Source of the DNA: Acaryochloris thomasi RCC1774
GTDB lineage: Bacteria > Cyanobacteriota > Cyanobacteriia > Thermosynechococcales > Thermosynechococcaceae
DNA length: 32,000 nucleotides
Direction: 5' to 3'
Assembly: GCF_003231495.1 (NCBI RefSeq)
Contig: NZ_PQWO01000001.1
Span: 360,001-392,000 of the forward strand
The number at the start of each line of letters is the position of its first letter. The first letter of the stretch is position 1. The translations under genes and the position numbers were made by a program. The notes beneath the pieces are model-generated. The model was not told the DNA's origin. It made no database searches and saw only the letters and a program-made list of their open reading frames with translations. Shown here piece by piece: positions 16,652 through 24,519 of the stretch.

Positions 16652-17905
16652 ATGCAGCAGGGCACAAGACCCAATTGGCAGGTCGGGACGGTCTTTGACA
16701 TCCCGCTTTTTATTGATTCATCCTGGCTCGTAATCGTGGCGCTGATCACCTTTGTCGATGGGCTAGAGTGGCAGACCGAATACCCCATGTGGGGGACAGG
16801 TCTTGCTTGGGCAGCAGGATTTGCGATGGCGCTGCTTTTGTTTGGCTCGGTGCTCTGTCATGAACTCGGCCATAGTTTAATCGCTCAGTCCCAGGGCACA
16901 AAGGTCAACTCAATCACGCTGTTTATTTTCGGTGGATTGGCGTCCATCGACGAAGAGGCAAAGACACCGGAGAAGGCCTTTCAAGTTGCGATCGCAGGTC
17001 CCCTCGTCAGCCTGCTGCTCTTTGTCTTGCTGAGCCTAACGGCGCGGCTTTTTGCAGCGGATCACCCCATTGGGGTTCTAACAGGCAGCCTTGCCCGCAT
17101 CAATCTCGTGCTAGCGCTCTTTAATCTAATTCCGGGCTTACCCCTCGACGGCGGCCAGATTCTCAAGGCAGCGGTCTGGAAAGCCACGGGCAACCGCTTC
17201 AAAGGCGTGCGCTGGGCAGCTAAAGCTGGACAAACGCTAGGTTGGGTTGCAGTGACTCTGGGCCTGATCACCATCTTGTTATTTGGCAGCTTCGGCGGCA
17301 TCTGGATCGCGCTACTAGGCTGGTTTGGGCTGCGGAATGCCTATTCATACAATCGCTTTGCTGACCTGCAGGAGGCGCTGCTAGAACTCAAGGCCCAAGA
17401 TGCCATGACCCGGGATTTCCGCGTCGTCAAAGTCACCAAAACACTACGAGAGTTTGCCGACGACTACGTGCTATCTCTCAATCGCGCCTCTACTTACTTT
17501 GCAGCCTCAGATGGCCGCTACCGGGGGCTCATTGATGCCGATCAGCTCAATATCACCGAGCGTAGCCTCTGGGATGATCTTCAGGTGCAAGACCTCGTAC
17601 AGCCCCTACAGGAGATTCCCTCGGTCAAGGAGACGACTTCTATGGTGGAGGTCATTGACCAATTAGATGCTGAAGTGCTACAGCGCGTCACGGTTCTATC
17701 TCCAGCGGGGGCGGTGGCTGGCGTCATTGACCGGGGGGACGTGGTGCGAGCACTGGCGAAGAAAATGAATCTGATGATTGCGGATGCTGATATCCAGCGC
17801 ATCAAGGACGAAGGCAGCTACCCGCCCAATCTCAAGCTAGATGCGATCGCACGTAGCATTTTGTCAGACGCCACACCGCCACAGTCAACGGAGACAACCC
17901 CCTGA
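16652..17905 (+). CDS. Site-2 protease family (M50) zinc metalloprotease with C-terminal CBS pair
   Basis: HELGHSL (HExxH), NLIPGLPLDGGQ, multiple TM helices, and a CBS-like region (DAMTRDFRVV ... VIDRGDVVRAL). I prefer the ATG at 16652 (MQQGTRPNWQVG...) to the ORF-track start at 16604. Confidence 0.85.
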   Translation: MQQGTRPNWQVGTVFDIPLFIDSSWLVIVALITFVDGLEWQTEYPMWGTGLAWAAGFAMALLLFGSVLCHELGHSLIAQSQGTKVNSITLFIFGGLASIDEEAKTPEKAFQVAIAGPLVSLLLFVLLSLTARLFAADHPIGVLTGSLARINLVLALFNLIPGLPLDGGQILKAAVWKATGNRFKGVRWAAKAGQTLGWVAVTLGLITILLFGSFGGIWIALLGWFGLRNAYSYNRFADLQEALLELKAQDAMTRDFRVVKVTKTLREFADDYVLSLNRASTYFAASDGRYRGLIDADQLNITERSLWDDLQVQDLVQPLQEIPSVKETTSMVEVIDQLDAEVLQRVTVLSPAGAVAGVIDRGDVVRALAKKMNLMIADADIQRIKDEGSYPPNLKLDAIARSILSDATPPQSTETTP

Positions 17906-17954
17906 GGCAAGAGTATTCAACGTTCTGACAACAGCGACCGGAGAGAGCTTAGCT

Positions 17955-19040
17955 ATGTCTTTAAACTTTCGCTTTGGTGTGATCAGCGACCTGCATATCG
18001 GTTTACCCCAAACCATTGAAGACAGTCCCCATCGCTTTCATTTAGTTGAATTGAGCGTCTCGGCCCTAGAGTCAGCACTGACGCACCTAAGTCAGCTCGA
18101 TCTCGATTTTTTGCTGATTCCGGGGGATTTAACCCAAGACGGTGAGCCGGACAACCATACTTGGCTGAGTCAGCGCTTGGCTCAGCTTCCTTTCCCTAGC
18201 TACGTCATCCCGGGCAACCATGACGTGATCTCACCGATTCCCACAGATACCTGCATTGGACTGCAGGAGTTTCCGGGCTACTACCCAAAGTTTGGCTACC
18301 AAAATCCAGAGCAGCTCTACTACACCTGTGCGCTGCTGCCCGGAGTACGGCTGATTGCCCTCAACTCTAACCAGTTTGATTTAGCAGGCTATCAGCTTGG
18401 AATCTTAGATGACCAACAGCTTGCGTGGCTGCAGACGGTCTTAGAAGAGACGGTGGATGAGCTAGTTCTAGTGATGGTGCATCACAACGTTCTAGAACAT
18501 TTGCCCGATCAGACCCAGAACCCAGTGGGCAAGCGCTACATGCTCGACAATGCACCCAAGCTAATAAACCTACTACAGGCGCATAATGTTCAGCTTGTGT
18601 TCACAGGGCATCTGCATGTTCAGAACATTGCCCACCAGAATGGACTCTACGACGTCACCACCGGCTCATTGGTCAGCTACCCTCATCCCTATCGGGTGAT
18701 TCAGGTGCAGCAGCAAGCAGAGCAAACACAGGTTGAGATTGAGTCTCATCGGTTGCGATCGCTTCCTGACTGGCCTGACTTACAAACCACCTCGCGGCAG
18801 ATGATGGGTCAACGTAGCACTCGATTTATGACGCATTTTTTAACTCAGCCACCGCTAAATCTGCCCGTAGAGAAAGCTACAACACTTGCTCCGCAGCTCA
18901 GCGATTTTTGGGCTACCGTTGCCGATGGTGATCCGGTCTTGTCTTATCCAGAGCTACCGGAACCTGTGCAGCAGTACTTTGAGGCTTTTAGTCACAGCGG
19001 TGTCGCAGACAATCAGCTCATTATTTCATTACAGACTTAA
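17955..19040 (+). CDS. Metallophosphoesterase (calcineurin-like)
   Basis: Motifs ISDLHIG, GDLTQDG, PGNHD, MVHHN and TGHLH are present. ATG at 17955 is preceded by GGAGAGAG. The ORF-track start at 17841 would overlap the protease gene. Confidence 0.8.
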   Translation: MSLNFRFGVISDLHIGLPQTIEDSPHRFHLVELSVSALESALTHLSQLDLDFLLIPGDLTQDGEPDNHTWLSQRLAQLPFPSYVIPGNHDVISPIPTDTCIGLQEFPGYYPKFGYQNPEQLYYTCALLPGVRLIALNSNQFDLAGYQLGILDDQQLAWLQTVLEETVDELVLVMVHHNVLEHLPDQTQNPVGKRYMLDNAPKLINLLQAHNVQLVFTGHLHVQNIAHQNGLYDVTTGSLVSYPHPYRVIQVQQQAEQTQVEIESHRLRSLPDWPDLQTTSRQMMGQRSTRFMTHFLTQPPLNLPVEKATTLAPQLSDFWATVADGDPVLSYPELPEPVQQYFEAFSHSGVADNQLIISLQT

Positions 19041-19063
19041 TCAACCCGATTAGAACCGCCAGG

Positions 19064-19158
19064 TATAGCGATGCACGTATTGATTAGGACATAAAAATGG
19101 CTGAAATCTATCTGTGCCAAGGAAGGGCTGTCCCAACTCAGTCGGGTACTGCTATGAC
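19064..19158. repeat. Copy 1 of a ~95-nt imperfect tandem direct repeat (candidate structured RNA unit)
   Basis: Aligns by hand with 19233..19328. Shared blocks are TATAGCG, GTATTGATTARGACAT, AAGGGCTGT, AACTCAG and GTACTGCTAT. No reading frame is conserved between the copies. Confidence 0.8.
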
Positions 19159-19232
19159 GATTGCGTGAATCTCGCTTCCCCTTAATCGCTTCATAGCCTA
19201 TCAGCAGTTCTCACAATCTTAATACCGAGTGA

Positions 19233-19328
19233 TATAGCGGCACGCGTATTGATTAAGACATTAAAGTGGTTGAGAGCTATGCCTGCTAAAGAAGGGCTGT
19301 TCTAAACTCAGCCGAGTACTGCTATACC
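19233..19328. repeat. Copy 2 of the ~95-nt imperfect tandem direct repeat
   Basis: Same alignment as copy 1, offset 169 bp. Its 3' end GCTATACC is the exact reverse complement of GGTATAGC at the 5' end of copy 1. Confidence 0.8.
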
Positions 19329-19384
19329 CAAGGGAATGACAACATCGTTGAGTGAACGTGTCCCTTACAAAAATGAATACAAAA

Positions 19385-19414
19385 AGCGCCGGGGTTGAGT
19401 TTAACCCCGGCGCT
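19385..19414 (-). terminator. Rho-independent terminator of the porin gene, potentially bidirectional
   Basis: 12-bp perfect GC-rich stem AGCGCCGGGGTT / AACCCCGGCGCT with a 6-nt loop. On the minus strand it is followed by TTTTTGTATT and lies 24 nt after the porin stop. On the plus strand it is followed by AAATTTTT. Confidence 0.8.
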
Positions 19415-19438
19415 AAATTTTTGCTTCAGGAACCGAAA

Positions 19439-21250
19439 CTAGAACTTAAACGTTGTTCTAATGACGGGTACAAAAATGGGGTCATTAGAGTCTGTATTGT
19501 TGGCCTGGAAAATAACGATCACTCCAGGAGAGATCTTGATATTGTCATTAACCTTGAACTGATATTGAGCTTCTGCAGTGATGTTATCCTGAGCGCCATC
19601 AGTGATGCCAGTACCGTTAAGATTACCTGTATCAATGATGAACGGCTGCTGACCGACTGAAATTGAGCCGCGATTCCCTTCGGCAAAGAGGTCTGGGAAG
19701 ATAAAGTTGGCAGCCCAGTTGAGGAGCGTGACCTGCGAATCCTCTAACTCTGGACTGCGAGCGAGTGTCACACCTGCCCAGCCAGAAAAATGGAGGAACT
19801 TGGCAATTTCAGCATCAACGTTGAAACCAAAGTTATCCGTAGTTGTGTCCAGACCGTCAAAGGGATCAGATGTATCTCCCCCTGGGCCTAAGCCACCACC
19901 CGTGGTAGGCGCATCGCCCGTATCATTGGTGATATCGGCACCGCCTCTGAATTCGCTGCGTGCGTACTGTGCACCAAAGCGTAGTTTCTCAGACAAGGTA
20001 ACGCCAATTTGGCCAAATACACCAAACTGACCACCACCAAACAGACCACCGTTGTTATCACCATCTGCAGTGGCTAGCTCCGCATCGTCAGCCGCCGCCG
20101 CGAAAGATAGCTCGATTGCGTCATTGAGTTCGTAAACGGCACTGACAGTCGTGTCGCCAGGAGCGCGGTGAGTGACGGGGTTGAAGCGGAAGAATCGTGA
20201 AAGGGCACCACTACCGCTGCTCTTTAGGTAAGGGTTAAAGGTCTCAACGTCATCTTTGTAGTCTCCACCCTGCAGTGCAATTTTCAGGGTAAGCCCTTCT
20301 AAAGGCTTAAACCGATAGTTGAGTTCGTCAAGAATGACCAGATTACCTTCTGGATCATTCTCGTCAAAGCCGAAGCGAGCCAAGCTGGTTCCAGCAGAAC
20401 CATCTTCGTCTAGCTCGGGAATATCAGCAGCCTCTAGACGAATTCGAAGACGGTCTGAACCAGAAAAGCTAGTGTCGAAATTAAGGCGAGCACGGTAGCC
20501 CAAGAAGAGTCGATCTTCACCCGTATTGCCGTCGTCTGTACCAACGCCAAGCACGCTGTCGAGGGCTTCGTCTTCATCAAATACGAAGGCAGAACCAAAG
20601 ACAACTTCACCGTTGAGCTTGGTGGTCGTAGAGAATTGCTGAGCCTCAACTGTATCAACGCGAGCTTCTAGACCATCAACGCGACCACGCAGAGTGGCGA
20701 GTTCAGCAGCAAACTCATCCTGTAGGGCTTTGACGGCGTCTAGATCAGCTTTGGAAGCAAAGCGATCGCTAATTTGATCTAGGCAAGCATTGAGGGCTGC
20801 GGCCATTTCATAACGAGTCGCAGAACGATTGCCCCGGAAGGTACCGTTGGGGTAACCCGCAATACAGCCGTAGCGTTCAACGAGGGACTGCAGCGCCTGA
20901 AAAGCCCAGTCAGTGGGCTGCACGTCAGAAAGCTGTGAGACAGATGTAACCTGCCCCAGACTGTCGGCATTCGCGGAAAGTTCATCCACGCTGGTCACGT
21001 TGAGGTTGGGTTCAATCGCAACTGGCTCGGTTGCACTTGGCTCGGTGATGGATGCATCTGCCACTGTCATTGGGAACAAATTCTCAACAGACAAGTCTTG
21101 TTCAGTAAGACCAGCGGTCAGATTCTCAACGGCATCTTGATGAATAGTTTCGCTCTGGGTTGCTGCGGCAACTGCAGCCGAGGGTGACAGAATCATAAGG
21201 CCGAGAAGGGCTGGCTTCAAAAGCAGCGACTTCTTTAGAAAATTCAACAT
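19439..21250 (-). CDS. Cyanobacterial outer-membrane porin: SLH domain + coiled coil + OprB-type beta-barrel
   Basis: Signal peptide MLNFLKKSLLLKPALLGLMILSPSAAVAAA. SLH motif DVQPTDWAFQALQSLVERYGCIAGYPNGTFRGNRSATRYEMAAALNA. Coiled coil ELATLRGRVDGLEARVDTVEAQ. The C-terminal barrel has alternating residues and ends in F. ATG at 21250 is preceded by GAGGAA; the ORF track starts at 21301. Confidence 0.85.
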   Translation of the reverse strand: MLNFLKKSLLLKPALLGLMILSPSAAVAAATQSETIHQDAVENLTAGLTEQDLSVENLFPMTVADASITEPSATEPVAIEPNLNVTSVDELSANADSLGQVTSVSQLSDVQPTDWAFQALQSLVERYGCIAGYPNGTFRGNRSATRYEMAAALNACLDQISDRFASKADLDAVKALQDEFAAELATLRGRVDGLEARVDTVEAQQFSTTTKLNGEVVFGSAFVFDEDEALDSVLGVGTDDGNTGEDRLFLGYRARLNFDTSFSGSDRLRIRLEAADIPELDEDGSAGTSLARFGFDENDPEGNLVILDELNYRFKPLEGLTLKIALQGGDYKDDVETFNPYLKSSGSGALSRFFRFNPVTHRAPGDTTVSAVYELNDAIELSFAAAADDAELATADGDNNGGLFGGGQFGVFGQIGVTLSEKLRFGAQYARSEFRGGADITNDTGDAPTTGGGLGPGGDTSDPFDGLDTTTDNFGFNVDAEIAKFLHFSGWAGVTLARSPELEDSQVTLLNWAANFIFPDLFAEGNRGSISVGQQPFIIDTGNLNGTGITDGAQDNITAEAQYQFKVNDNIKISPGVIVIFQANNTDSNDPIFVPVIRTTFKF

Positions 21251-21674
21251 ATCAAGTATTTCCTCACACACAACGATCGGGTCATTCACACCGTCAGCCA
21301 AATTTGATGAATTCTATTCGCCAACCGCCTGCTCAGGAAGTTGCGAATAATTCTCAAGGATTGACTCTGATCATTTATATATATAGCGAAGTCAAGTCTT
21401 TGACAAGTGGCTCGCACACTATAAAAGTGCAGGAGATGGACTTGCTCTAAGTGATCAGCGGATTCGTAAGCCCTAAGAGTAATACCATCTGTCAAAAGCA
21501 CGATTCAACCAAGATAAGGTTAAGGCAGAGGGCTTTGTGCGCGTGGCTCACATAAGTGTGGATGAGATGTGATGGCTGATGTCGCTATTATTAAGAGGAC
21601 GTTCAGCACCTTGGTTGTGCGCAGGCTTCGCTTAGATGCAGTCTGACGTCAGGTTATCTGTCTAGCTCAGGATT

Positions 21675-22343
21675 ATGGTGAACTCTCGGCTCAGTCAAAT
21701 CGCAGCTCAATTGGATAGCTCTGATACTTGCGATCGCATATTGGCTCTCGTTGCCCTACGGCAGGTTTCAGCTGTAGAGGCAGCCCCCTTAATCAAAGGA
21801 GCACTATCAGACGAAAGTCTACGGGTGAGATCGATGGCAGTGCGGGCATTGGGAAGCAAGCCCTCAGCTGACGCCGATGAAATCTTAATCCGCCTGCTGG
21901 GAGAAGACCCTGATTATGAGATTCGCGCTGACGCAGCCGCGGCTCTGGGTGATTTGAAAAATACAAAAGCCTTCCAAGCCTTAGTGAGAGCTTTCTTTGA
22001 AGATACATCCTGGGTTGTGCGCTTCAGCGCAGCTGTTGCCCTTGGTCAACTTCAAGACCCACGCGCCCACGAAGTCTTGATCCACGCCCTTCGTCGAGAT
22101 GAATCTGTGATTCAACAAGCAGCCATCGCAGCTCTGGGTGAAATACAAGATCTGAGCGCTGTAGATGATCTGCTCCATTTTGTTCAAGCTGAGGACTGGC
22201 TCTCTCGCCAACGTTTAGCTGAAGCCCTTGGGAATCTACCGACCCCTAAAAGTCAGTCAGCCCTCAGCTATCTCAGTAAAGACGAACACCCCCAAGTGGC
22301 TCTGGCCGCTCAGCGATCTTTGCAGCGGCTGCAGCATGGCTAA
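21675..22343 (+). CDS. HEAT-repeat (PBS-lyase HEAT-like) protein
   Basis: 222 aa of repeated units such as RVRSMAVRALG, IRADAAAALGDL, VVRFSAAVALGQL, IQQAAIAALGEI and SRQRLAEALGNL. Confidence 0.8.
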   Translation: MVNSRLSQIAAQLDSSDTCDRILALVALRQVSAVEAAPLIKGALSDESLRVRSMAVRALGSKPSADADEILIRLLGEDPDYEIRADAAAALGDLKNTKAFQALVRAFFEDTSWVVRFSAAVALGQLQDPRAHEVLIHALRRDESVIQQAAIAALGEIQDLSAVDDLLHFVQAEDWLSRQRLAEALGNLPTPKSQSALSYLSKDEHPQVALAAQRSLQRLQHG

Positions 22344-23019
22344 GCGGATCGTGCTCACAGGAGTCACCAAAGGGCTAGGCCAAGCATTAACCGATGGCCT
22401 GATTGATGCCGGTCACACCCTTCTCGGCTGCGGACGATCGGCAGAAGCCATCGCTCATCTATCGCAGCAGTATCCTGCACCGCATCAGTTTACAGTGGTT
22501 GATGTCGCCCAAGCAGATCAGGTCGTCACTTGGGCAAACGAGCTACTTGGCCAGAGTGAAGCCCCTGATTTACTCCTCAATAATGCAGGTCTCGTCAATT
22601 CGCCCGCTCCCCTATGGGAAATCTCAGACTCGGAGTTCACTCAGGTAACGGACGTTAATCTGCGGGGCGTAGCCAATACCATTCGCAGTTTCGTCCCAGC
22701 CATGATTGATCGAGGGCAAGGCGTGATCGTCAACTTCAGCTCTGGCTGGGGGCGGTCCACTTCTCCTGATGTGACTCCCTACTGTGCAACAAAGTGGGCC
22801 ATTGAGGGGTTAACTCAGGCGCTGGCTCAGGAACTGCCAAAAGGACTGGCTACAGTCGCGCTCAACCCTGGCATTATCAACACCGAGATGTTGCAAACCT
22901 GCTTTGGTAATCATGCGGCAGCTTACCCTACGACGGAACAATGGGGCCGTGCCGCTGTGCCCTTCATTCTGCGCCTCTCTGCTCAGCACAATGGTCAATC
23001 GCTAACCGTACCGAGCTAA
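22336..23019 (+). CDS. Short-chain dehydrogenase/reductase (SDR) family oxidoreductase
   Basis: It has LTGVTKGLG (TGxxxGxG), NNAG, and the YCATK active-site YxxxK. ATG at 22336 overlaps the HEAT gene stop by 8 nt (ATGGCTAA). The ORF-track start at 22228 lies inside the HEAT gene. Confidence 0.85.
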   Translation: MAKRIVLTGVTKGLGQALTDGLIDAGHTLLGCGRSAEAIAHLSQQYPAPHQFTVVDVAQADQVVTWANELLGQSEAPDLLLNNAGLVNSPAPLWEISDSEFTQVTDVNLRGVANTIRSFVPAMIDRGQGVIVNFSSGWGRSTSPDVTPYCATKWAIEGLTQALAQELPKGLATVALNPGIINTEMLQTCFGNHAAAYPTTEQWGRAAVPFILRLSAQHNGQSLTVPS

Positions 23020-23022
23020 GTC

Positions 23023-23487
23023 ATGCTGACCCTATCGCTGCCAGATTCTGCTGCGACCCAGGCTCTAGGACTGAAGCTGGGACAGTCGCTACCGACGGGC
23101 AGTATTTTATTACTGGACGGAGACTTAGGCAGCGGCAAAACAAGCTTGGTTCAAAGTATCGGGCAGGGACTGGGCATTACAGATATGATTGTTAGTCCAA
23201 CCTTTACCTTGATTAATGAATATCACACCGGACGGCTGCCGCTCTATCACCTCGATCTCTATCGTCTACCACCAGCAGAGGTCTCTAATCTCTATTTAGA
23301 TACTTATTGGGAGGGCATTGATTTCCCGTTAGGTATTGTGGCAATCGAGTGGCCCGAACGTCTGTCTGATTGGCCTGAGAGCTACATCCACGTCAAGCTC
23401 CAGTACCAAGGCGAGGGGCGACAGGCGACTTTAACCACTCAGGGATCCGCGCAGATAGAAGAAATGTTTGTAGGCTGGACAAGTTGA
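23023..23487 (+). CDS. tsaE: tRNA t6A37 biosynthesis ATPase TsaE (YjeE)
   Basis: GDLGSGKTSLVQ (Walker A), VSPTFTLINEY and LYHLDLYRL match the TsaE family. It starts 3 nt after the SDR stop. Confidence 0.9.
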   Translation: MLTLSLPDSAATQALGLKLGQSLPTGSILLLDGDLGSGKTSLVQSIGQGLGITDMIVSPTFTLINEYHTGRLPLYHLDLYRLPPAEVSNLYLDTYWEGIDFPLGIVAIEWPERLSDWPESYIHVKLQYQGEGRQATLTTQGSAQIEEMFVGWTS

Positions 23488-23545
23488 ATCGTCTCGCAGT
23501 ATTGACCTGATGGTTCCAGTGATGCTGCCTGAGTCGTTCGGAAGT

Positions 23546-24181
23546 TTACCCTAGCTCCTCTTTTTCATCGGCGCTGTAGGCGATGTCGGCAGCGGGTTTT
23601 CCTGTGGCCAGAGCAGAGCGGGCTGCAGCAATCTTGCGGCTGGTGACCTGGTAGGCTGCGGCTCCTTTACGACGGCTCACTTTGACAGCGCTGGCAACCG
23701 GAATTTGAATCGATTCAGCCACCTGTTCCGCTTCAATATCGACACCAAGGAAAACAAATTTCCAGCTATAAAGCTCGCGCTGCTCTTTAATCATGGCGGC
23801 GATCTGTTGCTGGCTGTATTCTTTACTCGCGTTTTCGGCTCCGTCGGTACAGATGACAACGGTAACAAGTGCAGGTCGATCTGACTCCTGCATCTGAGCC
23901 AGCTTCAAGCCAACGCTAGCGATGGTCAAACCAACCGCGTCATAGAGGGCCGTCATGCCACGAGGTTCTAGCTGATATTTAGGCACATCATTGATGATGG
24001 CAAAGTCGTGAATCAAGTCATATTCGTTGTCGAACTGGGCCAGCGATAGCGTGCAGTTTCCTGGCTGGGCAGCCTGATCTTTGATAAATGTGTTGATGGC
24101 GGCTTGAGCTTCACCTTGAGAGGCAGACATCGATCCTGAGCGATCGGCAATCAGAACAATGTGGGTATAGTCTTGTTTCAT
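23546..24181 (-). CDS. Stand-alone von Willebrand factor type A (vWA) domain protein
   Basis: 211 aa. MIDAS-type DRSGSMS follows a beta strand (HIVLIA). GMTALYDA and ICTDGAENAS are typical of the short bacterial/phage-like vWA family. Confidence 0.8.
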   Translation of the reverse strand: MKQDYTHIVLIADRSGSMSASQGEAQAAINTFIKDQAAQPGNCTLSLAQFDNEYDLIHDFAIINDVPKYQLEPRGMTALYDAVGLTIASVGLKLAQMQESDRPALVTVVICTDGAENASKEYSQQQIAAMIKEQRELYSWKFVFLGVDIEAEQVAESIQIPVASAVKVSRRKGAAAYQVTSRKIAAARSALATGKPAADIAYSADEKEELG

Positions 24182-24519
24182 GGCAGTAAGGTGTGATTTT
24201 TCTCAGTGAGTGAGCAACCCATTCCCCATGCGTTCAAGATTGAGACCATAATTTTTTCTCTGGACTTGACCGCTACGCGTTACTCAACGAAGGGACATCC
24301 AGTATAGCCATTAAATTTTGATATTCTGTTCACCGGAGTATCATAAAAGCTTGTTTAGCCTTTGCTCAGACGAAAGAGCAAGGCACCGCAATCAACCTGC
24401 TAAAGCTGAGCATATGGATCAAGCGACCCGAGGCGAGGATATCTTCATCGTCTCAAGGGCAGATAGCCTGTGCGAAATAGGGAAAATGGACAGGAGGACG
24501 AGCGGAAATCAGTGATTTC

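Noticed and set aside
16018-16788. ORFs 16018-16263 (+), 16367-16573 (+) and 16570-16788 (-) around the His-rich gene and the protease start.
   Set aside because: The first is antisense to the better-supported His/Lys-rich gene, which has an RBS and a signal peptide. The others lie in the promoter region or overlap the protease N-terminus, and they have no motifs.
19064-19328. The tandem repeat units as tRNA genes or pseudogenes, or as known riboswitches or ribozymes.
   Set aside because: There is no T-loop (GTTCRA) or D-loop signature and no cloverleaf. No glycine, glutamine (glnA), fluoride, guanidine or ZTP core sequence is present. There is no CUGAUGA...GAAA hammerhead core. I therefore keep them as unclassified repeats.
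19352-19660. 102-aa plus-strand ORF running across the terminator hairpin into the 3' end of the porin gene.
   Set aside because: It is antisense to the porin beta-barrel region, spans an obvious terminator, and has no motifs.
21400-21425. Perfect TTGACA -35 hexamer followed by TATAAA as a plus-strand promoter for the HEAT-repeat operon.
   Set aside because: The spacer is only 14 nt (21406-21419), outside the 16-18 nt range for sigma-70-type promoters. I do not report it as a feature without TSS data.
21286-21501. 71-aa minus-strand ORF upstream of the porin gene, and the porin N-terminal extension to 21301.
   Set aside because: The porin signal peptide begins at the ATG at 21250, which has a GAGGAA RBS. 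The upstream ORF has no RBS or homology and lies in the probable promoter/leader region.
24318-24515. 65-aa plus-strand ORF and the imperfect hairpin 24358-24384 in the gap between the vWA and ABC genes.
   Set aside because: The ORF has a non-ATG start, no RBS and no homology. The hairpin has no flanking U-tract on either strand, so I do not call it a terminator.
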